Origin: Schizochytrium sp. TIO01
Lineage: Eukaryota > Protista > Bigyra: Labyrinthulomycetes
Assembly (NCBI GenBank): GCA_004764695.1
Contig: SMSO01000008.1
Coordinates: 186,001 to 250,000 of the forward strand
Direction of reading: 5' to 3'
Length of the DNA stretch: 64,000 nucleotides
The notes below the pieces were generated by a model, which was not told where the DNA came from, did no database searches, and saw only the letters and a program-made list of their open reading frames with translations. The position numbers were made by a program, and so were the translations under genes. Of this stretch, positions 21,648 to 33,200 are shown in pieces; position 1 is the first letter of the stretch, and each line of letters opens with the position of its first letter.

Positions 21648-24191
21648 TTATTCTTTATCTAAGAGGAGCATTAACAGAGCAACTTGTTTCCGAGCTCGCA
21701 ACGTGAGGGGGTGATGGACACCTACAGCACGTCTCCATATCTGTTCTGCTTGAACAGCGTTACTGAGTGCTTCCATAGTGTCCCCTTTCGTATAGTGTAA
21801 AACAGATAAGTTGTACAAGTCAGAAGCAATGCTTGGATGGGTTTTATGAAGTACTTTCTGCTTAATATGGAGAGCTAGACGAGTAAGACGCATTGCTTCG
21901 TCAGTGTCACCGAGCCCTTGCTTAGCTTCAGCCAAGCAAGTAAGAGAGTCTGCTACGAGAACATGCTCGCTTCCATACATGTCCTGGTATATATCGATTG
22001 CTTCTTGTAAAAGCGATATTGCATAAGGAAATTCATCTTGCAAGATTTTTGTTTCCCCCATTCTAACCAAGGTATTTGCAACACTTGGATGCTGACTTCC
22101 TAAAACACTCCGTTTAATTTGCAGTGATTCAGTGAAAAGATCTAAAGCTTCATCAAGCCGGCCTTGCTCTTTATGAATGTCTCCCATATTGCTCAATGCA
22201 TCAGCTACTGCTTGCTGTGCTTGCGCTTGATCGAGCTCTGTTTTCTGATAGATAGCCACTGCCTCTTCGAAGAGGTGTAGCGCTGCATCATACTCAGCAC
22301 ACATGTAATGCACTATGGCCATATTGTTAATTACGTCTGCTACCTTAAGGTCTTGGTCCCCTAAAGCAGACTTACGGATAGCCAGAACCTCTTGGTAATA
22401 CTCAAGTGCTGCAGTATAGTGACCCATTCGCTCCTGAATCAAAGCAAGATTGTTGAGAGTTTCCGCAACTAATGGATGCGTATCTCCTAAAGCGTGTTGA
22501 TCAAATTTGAGGATTCTATTGTACATTTCGATCGCTTCATTGTAGTGACCTTGATCACGCCTTACATCGGCCATTTTTTCAATGACTGCCCGCGCGCCCT
22601 GTGACATCGAGCCCTTGTTCTGATAATAAGTCTTGAAAGATCTCCCTAAAGCGTCCATAGCCGAGTCCAAATCCCCAAGTTGATAACGAAACGTGCCAAT
22701 CAGCATGCATATATTGGCATACTCTAGATCCGTGTGCGGGTCGTAGCTCTCACATTCTTCATGGGCAATAATTCTCTGAGACTCTGCAAGCAGCCAGCGA
22801 GTCAAGTGATTTAAAACCTTAGATTTTAGACTTGAAAACCCGCCTTCAAGATTTTCAGTAGCAATACAGATAACTTGTAAATCAAATATATCTCGACACT
22901 GCATGTCATGCATGCTGATCGCAGACATAGCCTGAACAAGTTTTTCCCCTCCCTGATTTGCTAGAAGATATTCAAGAAGGCTACCTTCATTTTCATTACC
23001 CAAAGCAATTTGCGTAGGTTTATCGTGCAATGCAGCTCCAAAAATCTCCCAAACACACCATGCTCGTCTAAAAGGCAGTGGTTTGTCCCATGTGTCAAGA
23101 ATTATAAGCACAGACTCAAAGCGACTGATTGCTTCGTGCACTCCCGTGCGCACAAGTCCTTGTCTGCGTGCTTCAGTTGAGTGGTCATCACTTCTATGAG
23201 CAAGTAATTTGTGGTTTGAAGAAAATACGTCTAACCACACAAAAGTTTCCTCGAGAGGCTGGCGTTGATCGGCACAGAATGATTTAATGCCGTTTGCTAG
23301 CCATCGCATGGGTATATTGTGGGAATGGCACACAAAGGTACCTTGGAAGTGGTCTCCGACAGCCTCTGGTGGAAGTAAGTCCATAAAGAAGCCCTTCGTA
23401 TCTTTCACCAGTGGTAAAATCACGAAGAGAATGACATCTTCTGTAGTCCAGTCTTCTCGCGCTTTGAGTTTTGCTGCAGACTTGTGGATCCGTACAGGAT
23501 CATCACTAAGTGCAGAGCAGCACATGAGATGGTGTTCTCCATCACGGTCCGCTATTTGAAGCGTTTGTCCTTCCCTTATGAGACCTTCGTCTATATTATG
23601 CAGTGCAGTCGCCAGCTCCACATCCTCTGCAAGTTGTCCGCGCACCAAATCTGTCCAAAAACTTACTACTTCGTTGGCACGGATACTCTTGAAACGCACA
23701 ATTTCGCTGTCTTTTGTACCATGATTCCTAGTGCCATAGCGAGAAGATATCTCTTCGTGGGCTGGTCTTAGCTCTTTCATCAGTTGCAGACTTTCTCTTG
23801 CTGTTTTGACAATCCCCGTGACTGCTTTAGATGTTGTTAAAGCACTCACCCGTAAGCTTTCACGCAAGGATTTGCCTGCATTGCTTTTCTTGTTTTCGGA
23901 ATCTTTATTTGATTTTTTGGTGGCAAAGCTCTTAACTACACTCTTGCCACCTGATTCTGATTTGTCGAGCGCTTTTAAACCTTTTTTTGAGACGCGAAGT
24001 TTTCGATTGCCACATAGCTTCAAGCTTTTGTTTCTGACTTGCTCTGCCGCCTGCAGTGGCCCCTCTTGTGTTTTGGGGTCCACGGTCCGTGAATCTAATC
24101 GGGACCCATTATGGTTTTGGTGCTGGTGATCTGCAAAGTCACCCTCATAGTCCTCCAGCTGAGAATCTCCTTCCGCTGACCCTGAGGCCAT
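21648..24191 (-). CDS. Kinesin-light-chain-type TPR protein with central HET/TIR-like domain
   Basis: About 8 TPRs of roughly 42 aa (HPLVAETLNNLA..G.Y..ALEYYQE.LAIRK.ALG). Upstream FVCHSH..FVWLDVFS.NH..PFRRAWCVWE. First ATG at 24191. Confidence 0.88.
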   Translation of the reverse strand: MASGSAEGDSQLEDYEGDFADHQHQNHNGSRLDSRTVDPKTQEGPLQAAEQVRNKSLKLCGNRKLRVSKKGLKALDKSESGGKSVVKSFATKKSNKDSENKKSNAGKSLRESLRVSALTTSKAVTGIVKTARESLQLMKELRPAHEEISSRYGTRNHGTKDSEIVRFKSIRANEVVSFWTDLVRGQLAEDVELATALHNIDEGLIREGQTLQIADRDGEHHLMCCSALSDDPVRIHKSAAKLKAREDWTTEDVILFVILPLVKDTKGFFMDLLPPEAVGDHFQGTFVCHSHNIPMRWLANGIKSFCADQRQPLEETFVWLDVFSSNHKLLAHRSDDHSTEARRQGLVRTGVHEAISRFESVLIILDTWDKPLPFRRAWCVWEIFGAALHDKPTQIALGNENEGSLLEYLLANQGGEKLVQAMSAISMHDMQCRDIFDLQVICIATENLEGGFSSLKSKVLNHLTRWLLAESQRIIAHEECESYDPHTDLEYANICMLIGTFRYQLGDLDSAMDALGRSFKTYYQNKGSMSQGARAVIEKMADVRRDQGHYNEAIEMYNRILKFDQHALGDTHPLVAETLNNLALIQERMGHYTAALEYYQEVLAIRKSALGDQDLKVADVINNMAIVHYMCAEYDAALHLFEEAVAIYQKTELDQAQAQQAVADALSNMGDIHKEQGRLDEALDLFTESLQIKRSVLGSQHPSVANTLVRMGETKILQDEFPYAISLLQEAIDIYQDMYGSEHVLVADSLTCLAEAKQGLGDTDEAMRLTRLALHIKQKVLHKTHPSIASDLYNLSVLHYTKGDTMEALSNAVQAEQIWRRAVGVHHPLTLRARKQVALLMLLLDKE

Positions 24192-25399
24192 TGACAAAGC
24201 GCGGGAAGCAAAAATTATACGATGCTGCAATTTGAACTTCCAGCAGCGCTACTTTTTATCGAGACTTTGTGTGATTAGTTTTCCAAAGTTTAGTGTGCAA
24301 GTATAGCCTTTTGATCGACTGCTGCTCCAGGCAAGGGAGCAAGCAGAAAGCTCTGCGACAAGACTATCCCAGAACTACGATAAAGCGAGCCTAGTATGAA
24401 GAAAAGTCAATAACCTGCACTTCAATAGCTGCCAAAGTTCTATAAGTATCTTCCTCCCTAGTCTGAGACTCAATTCGCAGCCTGAGATGTGTTACAACAA
24501 AACGTTCGTGAGGCACGCAAGGCGTCAGGCACAGATGCAATTTGAAGAACAACGCGTTTGACGATGCGCAAGATGCACAGCACGGTCGAAGTGAACGAAA
24601 ATAAAAGCGCAAAAAGAAGGCAGTACAGCCTAGGCCCGAAGTTTGTATCACCTTTTCCTCGCGTTTACCGTAGCACAGGGCCTGCTAATGACGGGCCGAC
24701 ACGCTGATGGCAACAAAGCTGACGATGTTATTGCTGCTGCTTTGACGCTCTTTTCTTTTTCGAATTCTATCACGATATGTTAATTAAAGTGTCAATATTG
24801 TGCGCGCTCGACACTTATAAATTCACGTGCGCAGAAGCACTGGCTGCAAGCTACTACTGCCATTTAGCTTTTTGGCCCTCAGGAACAGCGACTTCAGGCT
24901 ATTATATGCAGAGAGACACAGGAACCTTAAGGCTAGCTTTTCCAATTCTCAGTTTTAGCTCTCTTCAAGTTTTGAACTTTCAGTGAGCCCTGAGTTACGG
25001 CTTTTGGGTCCTTATTAGGTTACCTCTAGAACGTAGTAGACTCAAGTTCTACCAATAGTATGGAGACGCGCCGACTGGGTACCCACTTAATCATGCATCA
25101 GCGCCTATTAGGCAGTAGTAGAGTGCTAGTTAGGTCTTATATCCACCTATTACGTATCAACCTCTTCAACCTATCAAATTATGCTCTGATGAGTATGGCA
25201 TACATGTATGTACCTATCAGAGCGTTAGAACTTACATAACCTCCGAATGGTAGTGTCTACTCCATATAAATGATATATTATAATTATTTATGTCTTTGTT
25301 AAGAGGTGGAGGGTTAGGTAAGAAAATGGCATTGCCAAGGAACCAACCACCAAGCCCCAAACATGTCTCGTGAAGCAAACCTTCATTTCGAATTATTCA

Positions 25400-26142
25400 A
25401 AGAACCTTGTCAAGAAGTCTAGCACCTCAGCAAGCGCCCCCCGGGAGAGAATCGCACATACGCAAGTGACGGCAATGAGGGCACCTATGGCTGCCGGTTA
25501 CCGCGAGTAACACAGCACTGATTGTACCATTTTCTACACTAGAGCGTCCTCTGCCAAGCGAAACGAGAATTATAAATGTCAGATCAGTGACCTCCAGCGT
25601 GCCTATCTAGCCGCCTTCGCTGTCTACAAAGATATTGGTAGAGGGTCGACATCAAAAGGCCGGCCTTGCGTGCCCTACAGAAGAGATTCGCCGAAAGCTT
25701 ACCCTTTGACTCTGTGAAAATTACTGGTTATTCTTTTGCCTAAATTAGAAAACTCAACAAGTTAACAGCATGGATCAAAATAAAAACAGATCAATTAATG
25801 TGTCGTTCGTTGACTTCCGACAAGCGCTCATTCACAAAGCCCAGCTTTTCCCCTGCCAGTGGTGTAAACTGATTATTTATTGAGAGGATTGCACTTCAAG
25901 ACCATGCAATAAATGTTGTACCATCCACAACAAGCTCGGAACATCCAAGGCTTCCAAACCCCAAATGCTAACACATAACCGATCATGATATCTACGCCGC
26001 CAGAGGCATCCTTTTGAGCTACCTATCCAAGGGAGTGATTCAAGAATTGTCTTTGAGACACGGGTTAGTTTTTAACTCTCAATTGGCACTTATTCACCAA
26101 AGGAAATGCAAGTTTTCCAAATCTAATAGGTTAAATTCTAAT
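25400..26142 (+). mobile_element. Decayed non-LTR retrotransposon (LINE) reverse-transcriptase segment, copy A
   Basis: Broken frames give RT-like motifs in the expected order: K.PPGEN, IVPF..ENY, VSFVDFRQA (FVDF at 25806), RGLHFKTM..LY, AARGI (RGI at 26002). 25695-26142 is visibly homologous to 64000-63502. Confidence 0.65.
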
Positions 26143-27242
26143 CTCTCGTCTCTCCCTCGTCCCCCCCCCCCCCCAAAAAAAAGTTAGAGATTTTGATTGG
26201 TTGTAAGATTTTGTAGACGCGATGAGAGTGAACTGGAAGAAAATTATCTCAGTAAACGGGTCCTTCTAAGATCGTTAGAAATGCAAAACGAGGGGTGAGG
26301 AAGGTGTTTCCCTTTGGTTAGCCTGGGATGCTTTTTTGTCTGTAAACTTTTGCCGTCCATTTTTCTCTTAAAGCTTTGAATATTGCTAGGACATTACTAT
26401 TACGTAGTACTATCTAGCCTACTAATTGAGGACAGCATCAGACAAATGAGGTGTGTCCCACCTGGCCGTTGACCTGGTTCTCATTTTAACCCTTAGTAAC
26501 ATGAAGGATAAAATGAGGAAATATTTGGAAGACCGAGGACAATACTTTCGTTAACCGATACATAAGAAAGAGAAAGCGAAGGAGTGTAAACTCCACTAGT
26601 TGAGCTAATGCCTAGATGAGAAGACGGGATCTGATCTAGGTTGAGTACTACGACATGCAAAGTGATAGCTTCGAATATAATACTGTTTTATATGCTATAT
26701 CTATAGACGCATAGTCAAATAAAAAAGAGGCTTTCGAATGAGTATGATGGCAAGTATCATAAATACAAAACATACTCTGCGCAGAAAATGGTATTCTTTG
26801 ACTCTTTTTCTGCCGTTCTCAGCTTGTATTTTACTCAATCTTTACTCACTAACGAGTCATCAAAGTCTCTAGAGTAGAGGCTGCAACATAAAGATAGAAA
26901 TACCCGCATTTATCACACACCGTGTGTTTCGTTGAGGAGAAAGTATAATAGATGGAAGAGGGAACGCTACTAATTCCATTTACTTAAATGCCTTTTCTAT
27001 CCTTTCGTTATTGGTTCGGATTGCTGCATGAACAGCTGTAACGCGGACATATCAGAGTGAAAATCTGTATAACGGGTTCATTGTGCTGGTAGCGCAGGGA
27101 AAGTTATGATTACTGGCACTGAAGCATCTACAGGACGAGTTCCTCAGCTGGAAGGCAAACAGATAGACAAAAGTTCATACAAATCCCTCTGCGGCGGCAT
27201 TGCCGCCGCAACTTCTTGTAGCGCTACACGTAGCAAGGGGCT

Positions 27243-30200
27243 ATGGGCGAGGGAAGGCGCCGCAGCACAGCTGTCAACGTGGTTCTATTGCATGAGGACG
27301 GGAAGGAGCGCTTCATAGTGCAAGACGACAACGAAGAACATGACAACGATGAACAGACTAACCAAACCTCACCAAACTCTTCAGAAGACTCAAATGTCAT
27401 GGATACAACGCATCAAAGTCATCAGGAGCTTTTAGACATTTTTGCAGAGGAGAATCAGCACCATGAGGAAGATGAGAACAACGAATTTGATCTTCAAAAC
27501 ACAGATTTTGCTGGAACTGATCTCGATAAACCTCCAGCCTCAGACAGTACTCATCATACGAGCGACTGGTCCCTCGCGCTGAGTGCACTATGGGTGATCA
27601 AAATGAGACATTCAAAGAGAATCTCAGAAAAGAAGGTGCTCAATCCACGGACGGTTGATCAGCAAGCAAATAATTCGACAGCAGTTTGGCATGAAAACGA
27701 CAAAAACCAACCTTCGGGAGACACTATGGAGAGCAAATATAATCATTTGTCAGCACTGAGCTCCGATGAAGAAGAGGATGATGACGACGACGACGACGAA
27801 GATGACGACGACGATGATGATGGTGATGATGGTGATGATGATGATGATGATGATGACGGCGACGGCAATGACGGCAATGATGGCGACGTCGAATATGATA
27901 TTGATATCTATAAAGGCTGCGATGATAATTATGTCAAAAGCAATTGCAAATCGGGAAATAAAAAAAGAGACCATGAAAAGAAAACTAAAACGAAAAAACG
28001 AGAGCGATCTGATCCGCTTAAAACCACAATAGACATATTCACGAAGAGGAGATCCCGTGAGAGTAACGTTCTTCGATATCACCCAAGCGTTATCGCAGCA
28101 ATAAATGATCTGTGGATGCTTGAAGATATTCAAAGTGAATTGGACAAGGATGGTCTCCTCGGAAAGAACGCATATGTTATGCTTCTTGTGAAATTTCAGT
28201 ACTTGATCATTCCACCTCCACTGAAATCAAGTAAGGCTAATCGAAATGCTGAGGTTGATTGGAATAATGATTCGAAGCGCAATGGAGGACACCCAAGCGG
28301 GCGCATGACTAAGTCTATGTTTGAAGATTCAATGTTTGAGCTTGCCGATACTTGGTCCGAGCAAGCCGATGCTAGTGAATATGTTCAAATATTAGAACAC
28401 TTACTTTTGGGTGTGTCGGCCGAGGCCAGCGGACAAGAGTCTGATTCCGACTCGGAATCCGATTTAACTACGACTACGGTGGAATCAAACAACAACCTCT
28501 CTGGATCTCTGTGTCCTGCAGAGTCTACAACTTTTCTCCAAAACAAGCAAAGACAAGACCTTGGTAATTTGTCGGAGCATCAGCCTCTTGGTATTGGTAA
28601 AGTATCAACAAAAGAAGCATATGATGTGCAAGACAATACCCAGAATCATGATGCTAGAAGCTCTCAATCAAATGTCAGTTTTCCTCAGAATATTATACCA
28701 GTCTCAACCAGCTTCGCGGAATTCGGACAGTCCCAACAATTATTTTCACCCGACAAACTTTCAAATGACCAGATAAACCAAAGCATCGGGGTTTCGACGC
28801 CTCCTGGTAGTCGTTCTGCTATTTGTGATCCTGCGGATAGAATATTCCATATTTCGCAGCCCTCTTTGTCTTCAAATGAAGGTAGAACCACAGTTGATTC
28901 TGCCAACGGCCAAGCTCAATACGAAAGTGTGGATAGCAGAGCGAATAAAAAGGCTGACATTTCTTTGAAAATGTCAGAAAATATAGCAACTGAGGGCTTC
29001 GACTCATCCAGGGCAATTCAAGGAAAATCGAGCACCTTGACGGTTTCTACTTTAGGACCACAGCCTTGTTCACTGCAAGTATTTAAAGGAACTACGCATG
29101 AAGAAACCAAAAGTATTGAAATCTTATCCAGCCTGGACTCTTCGGTAGTCCGTTCTATGTCATCTCTACATGTGCTCTCAGCTGACTCAGCGACTATCGG
29201 AGATGTCACCAGTGTTCATGGAGATACCTCTCGTTCCTTTAAAAGTTATAGAAATTCTTCGCGCTCCTTTAAAAACCACAGAAAGGATATAAACTCTTCC
29301 AAACCTGTGCGAAGTTTACAGCCTCCTCGCAGGCGTCGGCTCATAAAAAACAATAAGTTGATCAAGTATAACCCACTTTTTGCGAGGATGGCTCAACACA
29401 AATTTGAGGGGTTTAAAACGCTCCTTGACTCGCGCCTTAAGTTCAAGAGAATAAACCTTCTCTCACGTGCAAATGCTCTTGCTGCAATTGGACGTTTATA
29501 TCAGGCTAAATACACATCTGACCAAAAGAATATCGAAAAAGGGCTTCCGCGATCTCGATTCGATAAATTTATTTTTGAGCAGTATGTTTTACAGTTTGGC
29601 TCCCGCAAGATGGCGAAACGCAATTTGAAACGGCTTTTTGGGAGTGTAAGACATTTTGCCGATCGTGGAGATGCTGCGATGAGACTTTTTGCTATATTAT
29701 GCGGTATCGAGATATCACCTTCTCGTCATGAACTCTGCATTCAGAATTATGATCCTTACTTGGCCTCAGACTATTTTTTACCGACTTTAGTGCGACTTTT
29801 GGATGGCGATTCTAAACTCGCTAATGTCTTCTCCTCGTCAAAAAATCAGGGACGTTCACTTGCTGCAACGACCGTTCCTACTTCAAAGCAAGGTGTCTTT
29901 TTGACTTTGGCCCTCACTTTCCAGTTAACAACGGCGGATGTTTGTCGCCACACGCCTCCAGAGTCTACAGCATTTACCGAGCTGATACAAGATTTAAAGA
30001 GCTTACGGAATCACATTCGAGACGGCATCTCCAAGATGGACAAAAGCCTACAGATGAAGCAGGGGAGAAATCTTATTATGCGCATGAGTGGGTCTGTCAT
30101 TGAGGCTCTTGGACAACGTGGTTTAACTACGAGCCTTGAACAAGGTTTGCTGGTTGACCTGCATCAAGCAATGCTGCATGCGGTCCCAGTTTGGGTAGCA

Positions 30201-30647
30201 GATCGTACTTGGACAACCCTGTACAAATTTGTTGTTGCTGCTAAGACGGCAGCAAAGTGGCATGTTTTGGTCCATAAGGACGTTCCTCCAAATGTACAGG
30301 TATTGAGCCAGATAATTTTAAAAGGTTCTCGTATTGCATATGATACCCTTTATGCAGTTGTAGCCATAAAAGCTAGCGCGAATGTCATAGAAGGACTGTC
30401 TGGGGAAAATATTTGGATGTATTTATCCCCGTCGGCAATAAGAGAATCTCGATCAGAGGCTGACGGGGACGAGGCTAAAAAAAGTACGAATCGGGGTTCT
30501 GCAGTTAAACGCTCAGCTACAGACGGAGGGCAAAGACACTCGTTGCTTTTCAAGGATTCCCCGCGCACGCCTCGAAAACTCTTAGAGGAGGCACGGCGAC
30601 TTGATGCCTCTCTGAACCCACACGAAGTTGATGGGAACATATTGTGA
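27243..30647 (+). CDS. Hypothetical protein (1134 aa) with poly-Asp tract and two predicted helical domains
   Basis: Uninterrupted 3.4-kb ORF. An EF-hand-like helical block (LDKDGLLGKNAY..AEVDW..D..FEDSMFELADTW) and a second block (LYQAK..D..FDKFIFEQY..QFGSRKMA) are separated by Ser-rich linker. Confidence 0.8.
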   Translation: MGEGRRRSTAVNVVLLHEDGKERFIVQDDNEEHDNDEQTNQTSPNSSEDSNVMDTTHQSHQELLDIFAEENQHHEEDENNEFDLQNTDFAGTDLDKPPASDSTHHTSDWSLALSALWVIKMRHSKRISEKKVLNPRTVDQQANNSTAVWHENDKNQPSGDTMESKYNHLSALSSDEEEDDDDDDDEDDDDDDDGDDGDDDDDDDDGDGNDGNDGDVEYDIDIYKGCDDNYVKSNCKSGNKKRDHEKKTKTKKRERSDPLKTTIDIFTKRRSRESNVLRYHPSVIAAINDLWMLEDIQSELDKDGLLGKNAYVMLLVKFQYLIIPPPLKSSKANRNAEVDWNNDSKRNGGHPSGRMTKSMFEDSMFELADTWSEQADASEYVQILEHLLLGVSAEASGQESDSDSESDLTTTTVESNNNLSGSLCPAESTTFLQNKQRQDLGNLSEHQPLGIGKVSTKEAYDVQDNTQNHDARSSQSNVSFPQNIIPVSTSFAEFGQSQQLFSPDKLSNDQINQSIGVSTPPGSRSAICDPADRIFHISQPSLSSNEGRTTVDSANGQAQYESVDSRANKKADISLKMSENIATEGFDSSRAIQGKSSTLTVSTLGPQPCSLQVFKGTTHEETKSIEILSSLDSSVVRSMSSLHVLSADSATIGDVTSVHGDTSRSFKSYRNSSRSFKNHRKDINSSKPVRSLQPPRRRRLIKNNKLIKYNPLFARMAQHKFEGFKTLLDSRLKFKRINLLSRANALAAIGRLYQAKYTSDQKNIEKGLPRSRFDKFIFEQYVLQFGSRKMAKRNLKRLFGSVRHFADRGDAAMRLFAILCGIEISPSRHELCIQNYDPYLASDYFLPTLVRLLDGDSKLANVFSSSKNQGRSLAATTVPTSKQGVFLTLALTFQLTTADVCRHTPPESTAFTELIQDLKSLRNHIRDGISKMDKSLQMKQGRNLIMRMSGSVIEALGQRGLTTSLEQGLLVDLHQAMLHAVPVWVADRTWTTLYKFVVAAKTAAKWHVLVHKDVPPNVQVLSQIILKGSRIAYDTLYAVVAIKASANVIEGLSGENIWMYLSPSAIRESRSEADGDEAKKSTNRGSAVKRSATDGGQRHSLLFKDSPRTPRKLLEEARRLDASLNPHEVDGNIL
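27770..27888 (+). repeat. Coding GAY/GGY trinucleotide repeat (poly-Asp/Gly)
   Basis: gatgatgacgacgac.. encoding EEEDDDDDDDEDDDDDDDGDDGDDDD.. Confidence 0.9.
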
Positions 30648-32096
30648 TAGTCATACTGACACATTTCGATTAATAGAGTTTGCGCAATTTATCAAGATGT
30701 ATGATAGCAGTTTCGAAGAATCTCTGTTCATCCAAATTGTATTAGCTGCAAGCAAGTAGGTAATGATAATGTAAGAGGAGGTGGCCAGAACCAGATGTAA
30801 GCCACACTTCCTCTATGTCCTTTCGCTGTATGAAGGGTCAAATTTCTTACTTGTAGTCGCCATCTTTCAATAGTTAAATCCTGACCATTTGCTGTTAGCT
30901 TTCTTCATTTTATGTCTTGGCACATGCTAACTAATTTGCCGCATTTTGCCGCCATTTGCCAGACGAATTTGAATACAATGTTGATTACAATTTATGGAGG
31001 ATGCGACTGTCACAGCTCAAAGAGCCTCCCAAAATAAAATAAAAGTCTATTTTCTTCACACTAGAACTTAAATTACTTGAGGAGTTCGTCTCTGGTGGTG
31101 GTGGTGCCAATGCTTCCATTCTCACTTAGCACATTTCCATTAGTGGAATCACGGGGCTGTGGCATTTTGAAGAGATTACTTCGAGAACTCACGACAGAGC
31201 AGACTGAGAAGGAGGTTTTGGGAAATCAGCACCCAACTGACAGCATTGCAGGTAAACTTCCTTGATAAGTTCAAACCAAGATGCAAATGCTCTCTGCAAA
31301 CCTTTGATCACATTCTCCTCATTTTAGCTCTGGGTTATTTGCTTCCTTAGTATGTTGTGCTATCCATCGGTCCTTTTCGACGCTCGCCATCGAAGCCTTA
31401 AAGCTAAGAGCGAAGATAAGACAAGAAATTTAGCAATTATCTACTACTGAGGAGGTTTTCTGCGTGTGGTACGTAGGAAAACAAACGCAGGCAGGTAGGT
31501 AGGCACCTACAGAGCTGTCAAGTACAGTAAAGGCATCAGATATTGAGTGATTGTTTTGACATGAGTTCTTTACCTAAGGTAGAAGATTTTAACTCTGTAC
31601 CATTGACTAGTGAGGGTGAAGGCATCCGAGTCAGGCATATGCCTCTATCATAGAACTTACTACCAAGGAAGACACCTTACCTATAGCTATAGCTAGCTAG
31701 CAACCTTAGTATCACTAGCTAGTACCTGCCTACCTACCTTCCTAAAGGGACATTTGAAGAAAGACACACATCGACTTACCAAATGCCATTTTCTCCAAAT
31801 GTACTTGAAGAATGGCGTAAGTCGTAGTTACTTTTCACAGGGGCGACGCCGTATGTACTAGGGCCGTCTTCAGTCTCAATACTCACTGATTTCCGGGCTT
31901 TCCTTTTTTGCTATTCCAGCTCTCGGGGCAGCTTTGCTTCATACACGAAAGAGGATACATACATATTCAATCGTCTAATGGCAGTCAAAAGAATCAATCA
32001 TGGGGCATAATAGCAATAGATAGGTACGACTACTCTACTCTGCATACTCAAACATTCCCAAGTAATTCGCTTTATTTTATTTTGCCTGAGCATATA

Positions 32097-32307
32097 TTTT
32101 AATTTTAATTTTAATTTTAATTTTAATTTTAAATTAATTAAAAAAAAAATTAAGAGTCACCCGTCACCGTCTTATCATTGCTTTGGAAAAAAAGGAAAAA
32201 GAAAGAAAAAAGAAGGAAGCATACTCTAAAAGTCTACAAAGTTTTGATCGATTTTGCAGTATGTAGGTATCTACCTACCTACCTACCTACCTACCTACCT
32301 ACCTACC
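32097..32307. repeat. Microsatellites (TTTTAA)n at 32097-32132 and (CTAC)n at 32271-32307
   Basis: Read directly from the sequence. Confidence 0.9.
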
Positions 32308-33200
32308 AAGCCTTGTCAGTAATTAGCGATTGTTTTGGCTTGAGTTTCTATTCTACCCGAGTTGAAAAAGCATTTCAACTGATTGCCTCTGACTAGAGAG
32401 TGTGAGTAAAGTCTTGTTTGTTCTTCAAAATTATGAAAGGATGAGTGCGTGCGTGGGCCAGGAGGGCAGACTGCTGGACTAATACCTTCGCTCTCACCTA
32501 TACTTACCTCATCTGAACATCGGTCAGAACGATGATAATGTTTCTTGTTGCTTGCTCCTTCATTCATCTCTCCACTCTTCCCAAATAAATCAACAGTCCA
32601 TCAATGGTGATCAAAGTAAAATCATTTGACTGTCCGAACATGTTAGGAAACAGAGTAGGTACTATCCTAGCCATAGGTAGTACGTATCCTACCTAGGTAC
32701 CCTATTTGTCAATCAAGGTCTTTCGTTATTTTATTTACTCAGCACCCACTGGTCCCTCTTTCCCAGACCTTCATCTACTCGGTCAGCGTGAGCGGCTCTC
32801 GCCGTGTGTTCTGAGCCCACCCAACTCCTTCATCAGCTCCTTCTTTTGCCGACAACTCCACCATCGCCACCACCGCTGGTGTTGTCTTGGTGCAGTGGCA
32901 GTACCTGAAGGGTTTGCAGCGCGTGCAGACTTAAACAGGACAAAAGGGTGACTTGAAGGAGGGCTCGATCGCCATCATCGATTCACTCCACCAGCTGTTC
33001 TGTACTGTAACTCTTGAACCTCTGTTGCTTGACAGAAAGGGGGTAGGGTTAAGGACCGAGTGAGAGAGAGAGCTTGGCAGGTGGTCAGTCTCCACGCCGA
33101 TTCTCACTTGTTCTTCAATTCTTACATGCCGCAAACTTGTCAGGAGTTTTGAGCACTAGTAGTAGATTTAATTCAGGTTCATATATATCAATATCAAACT

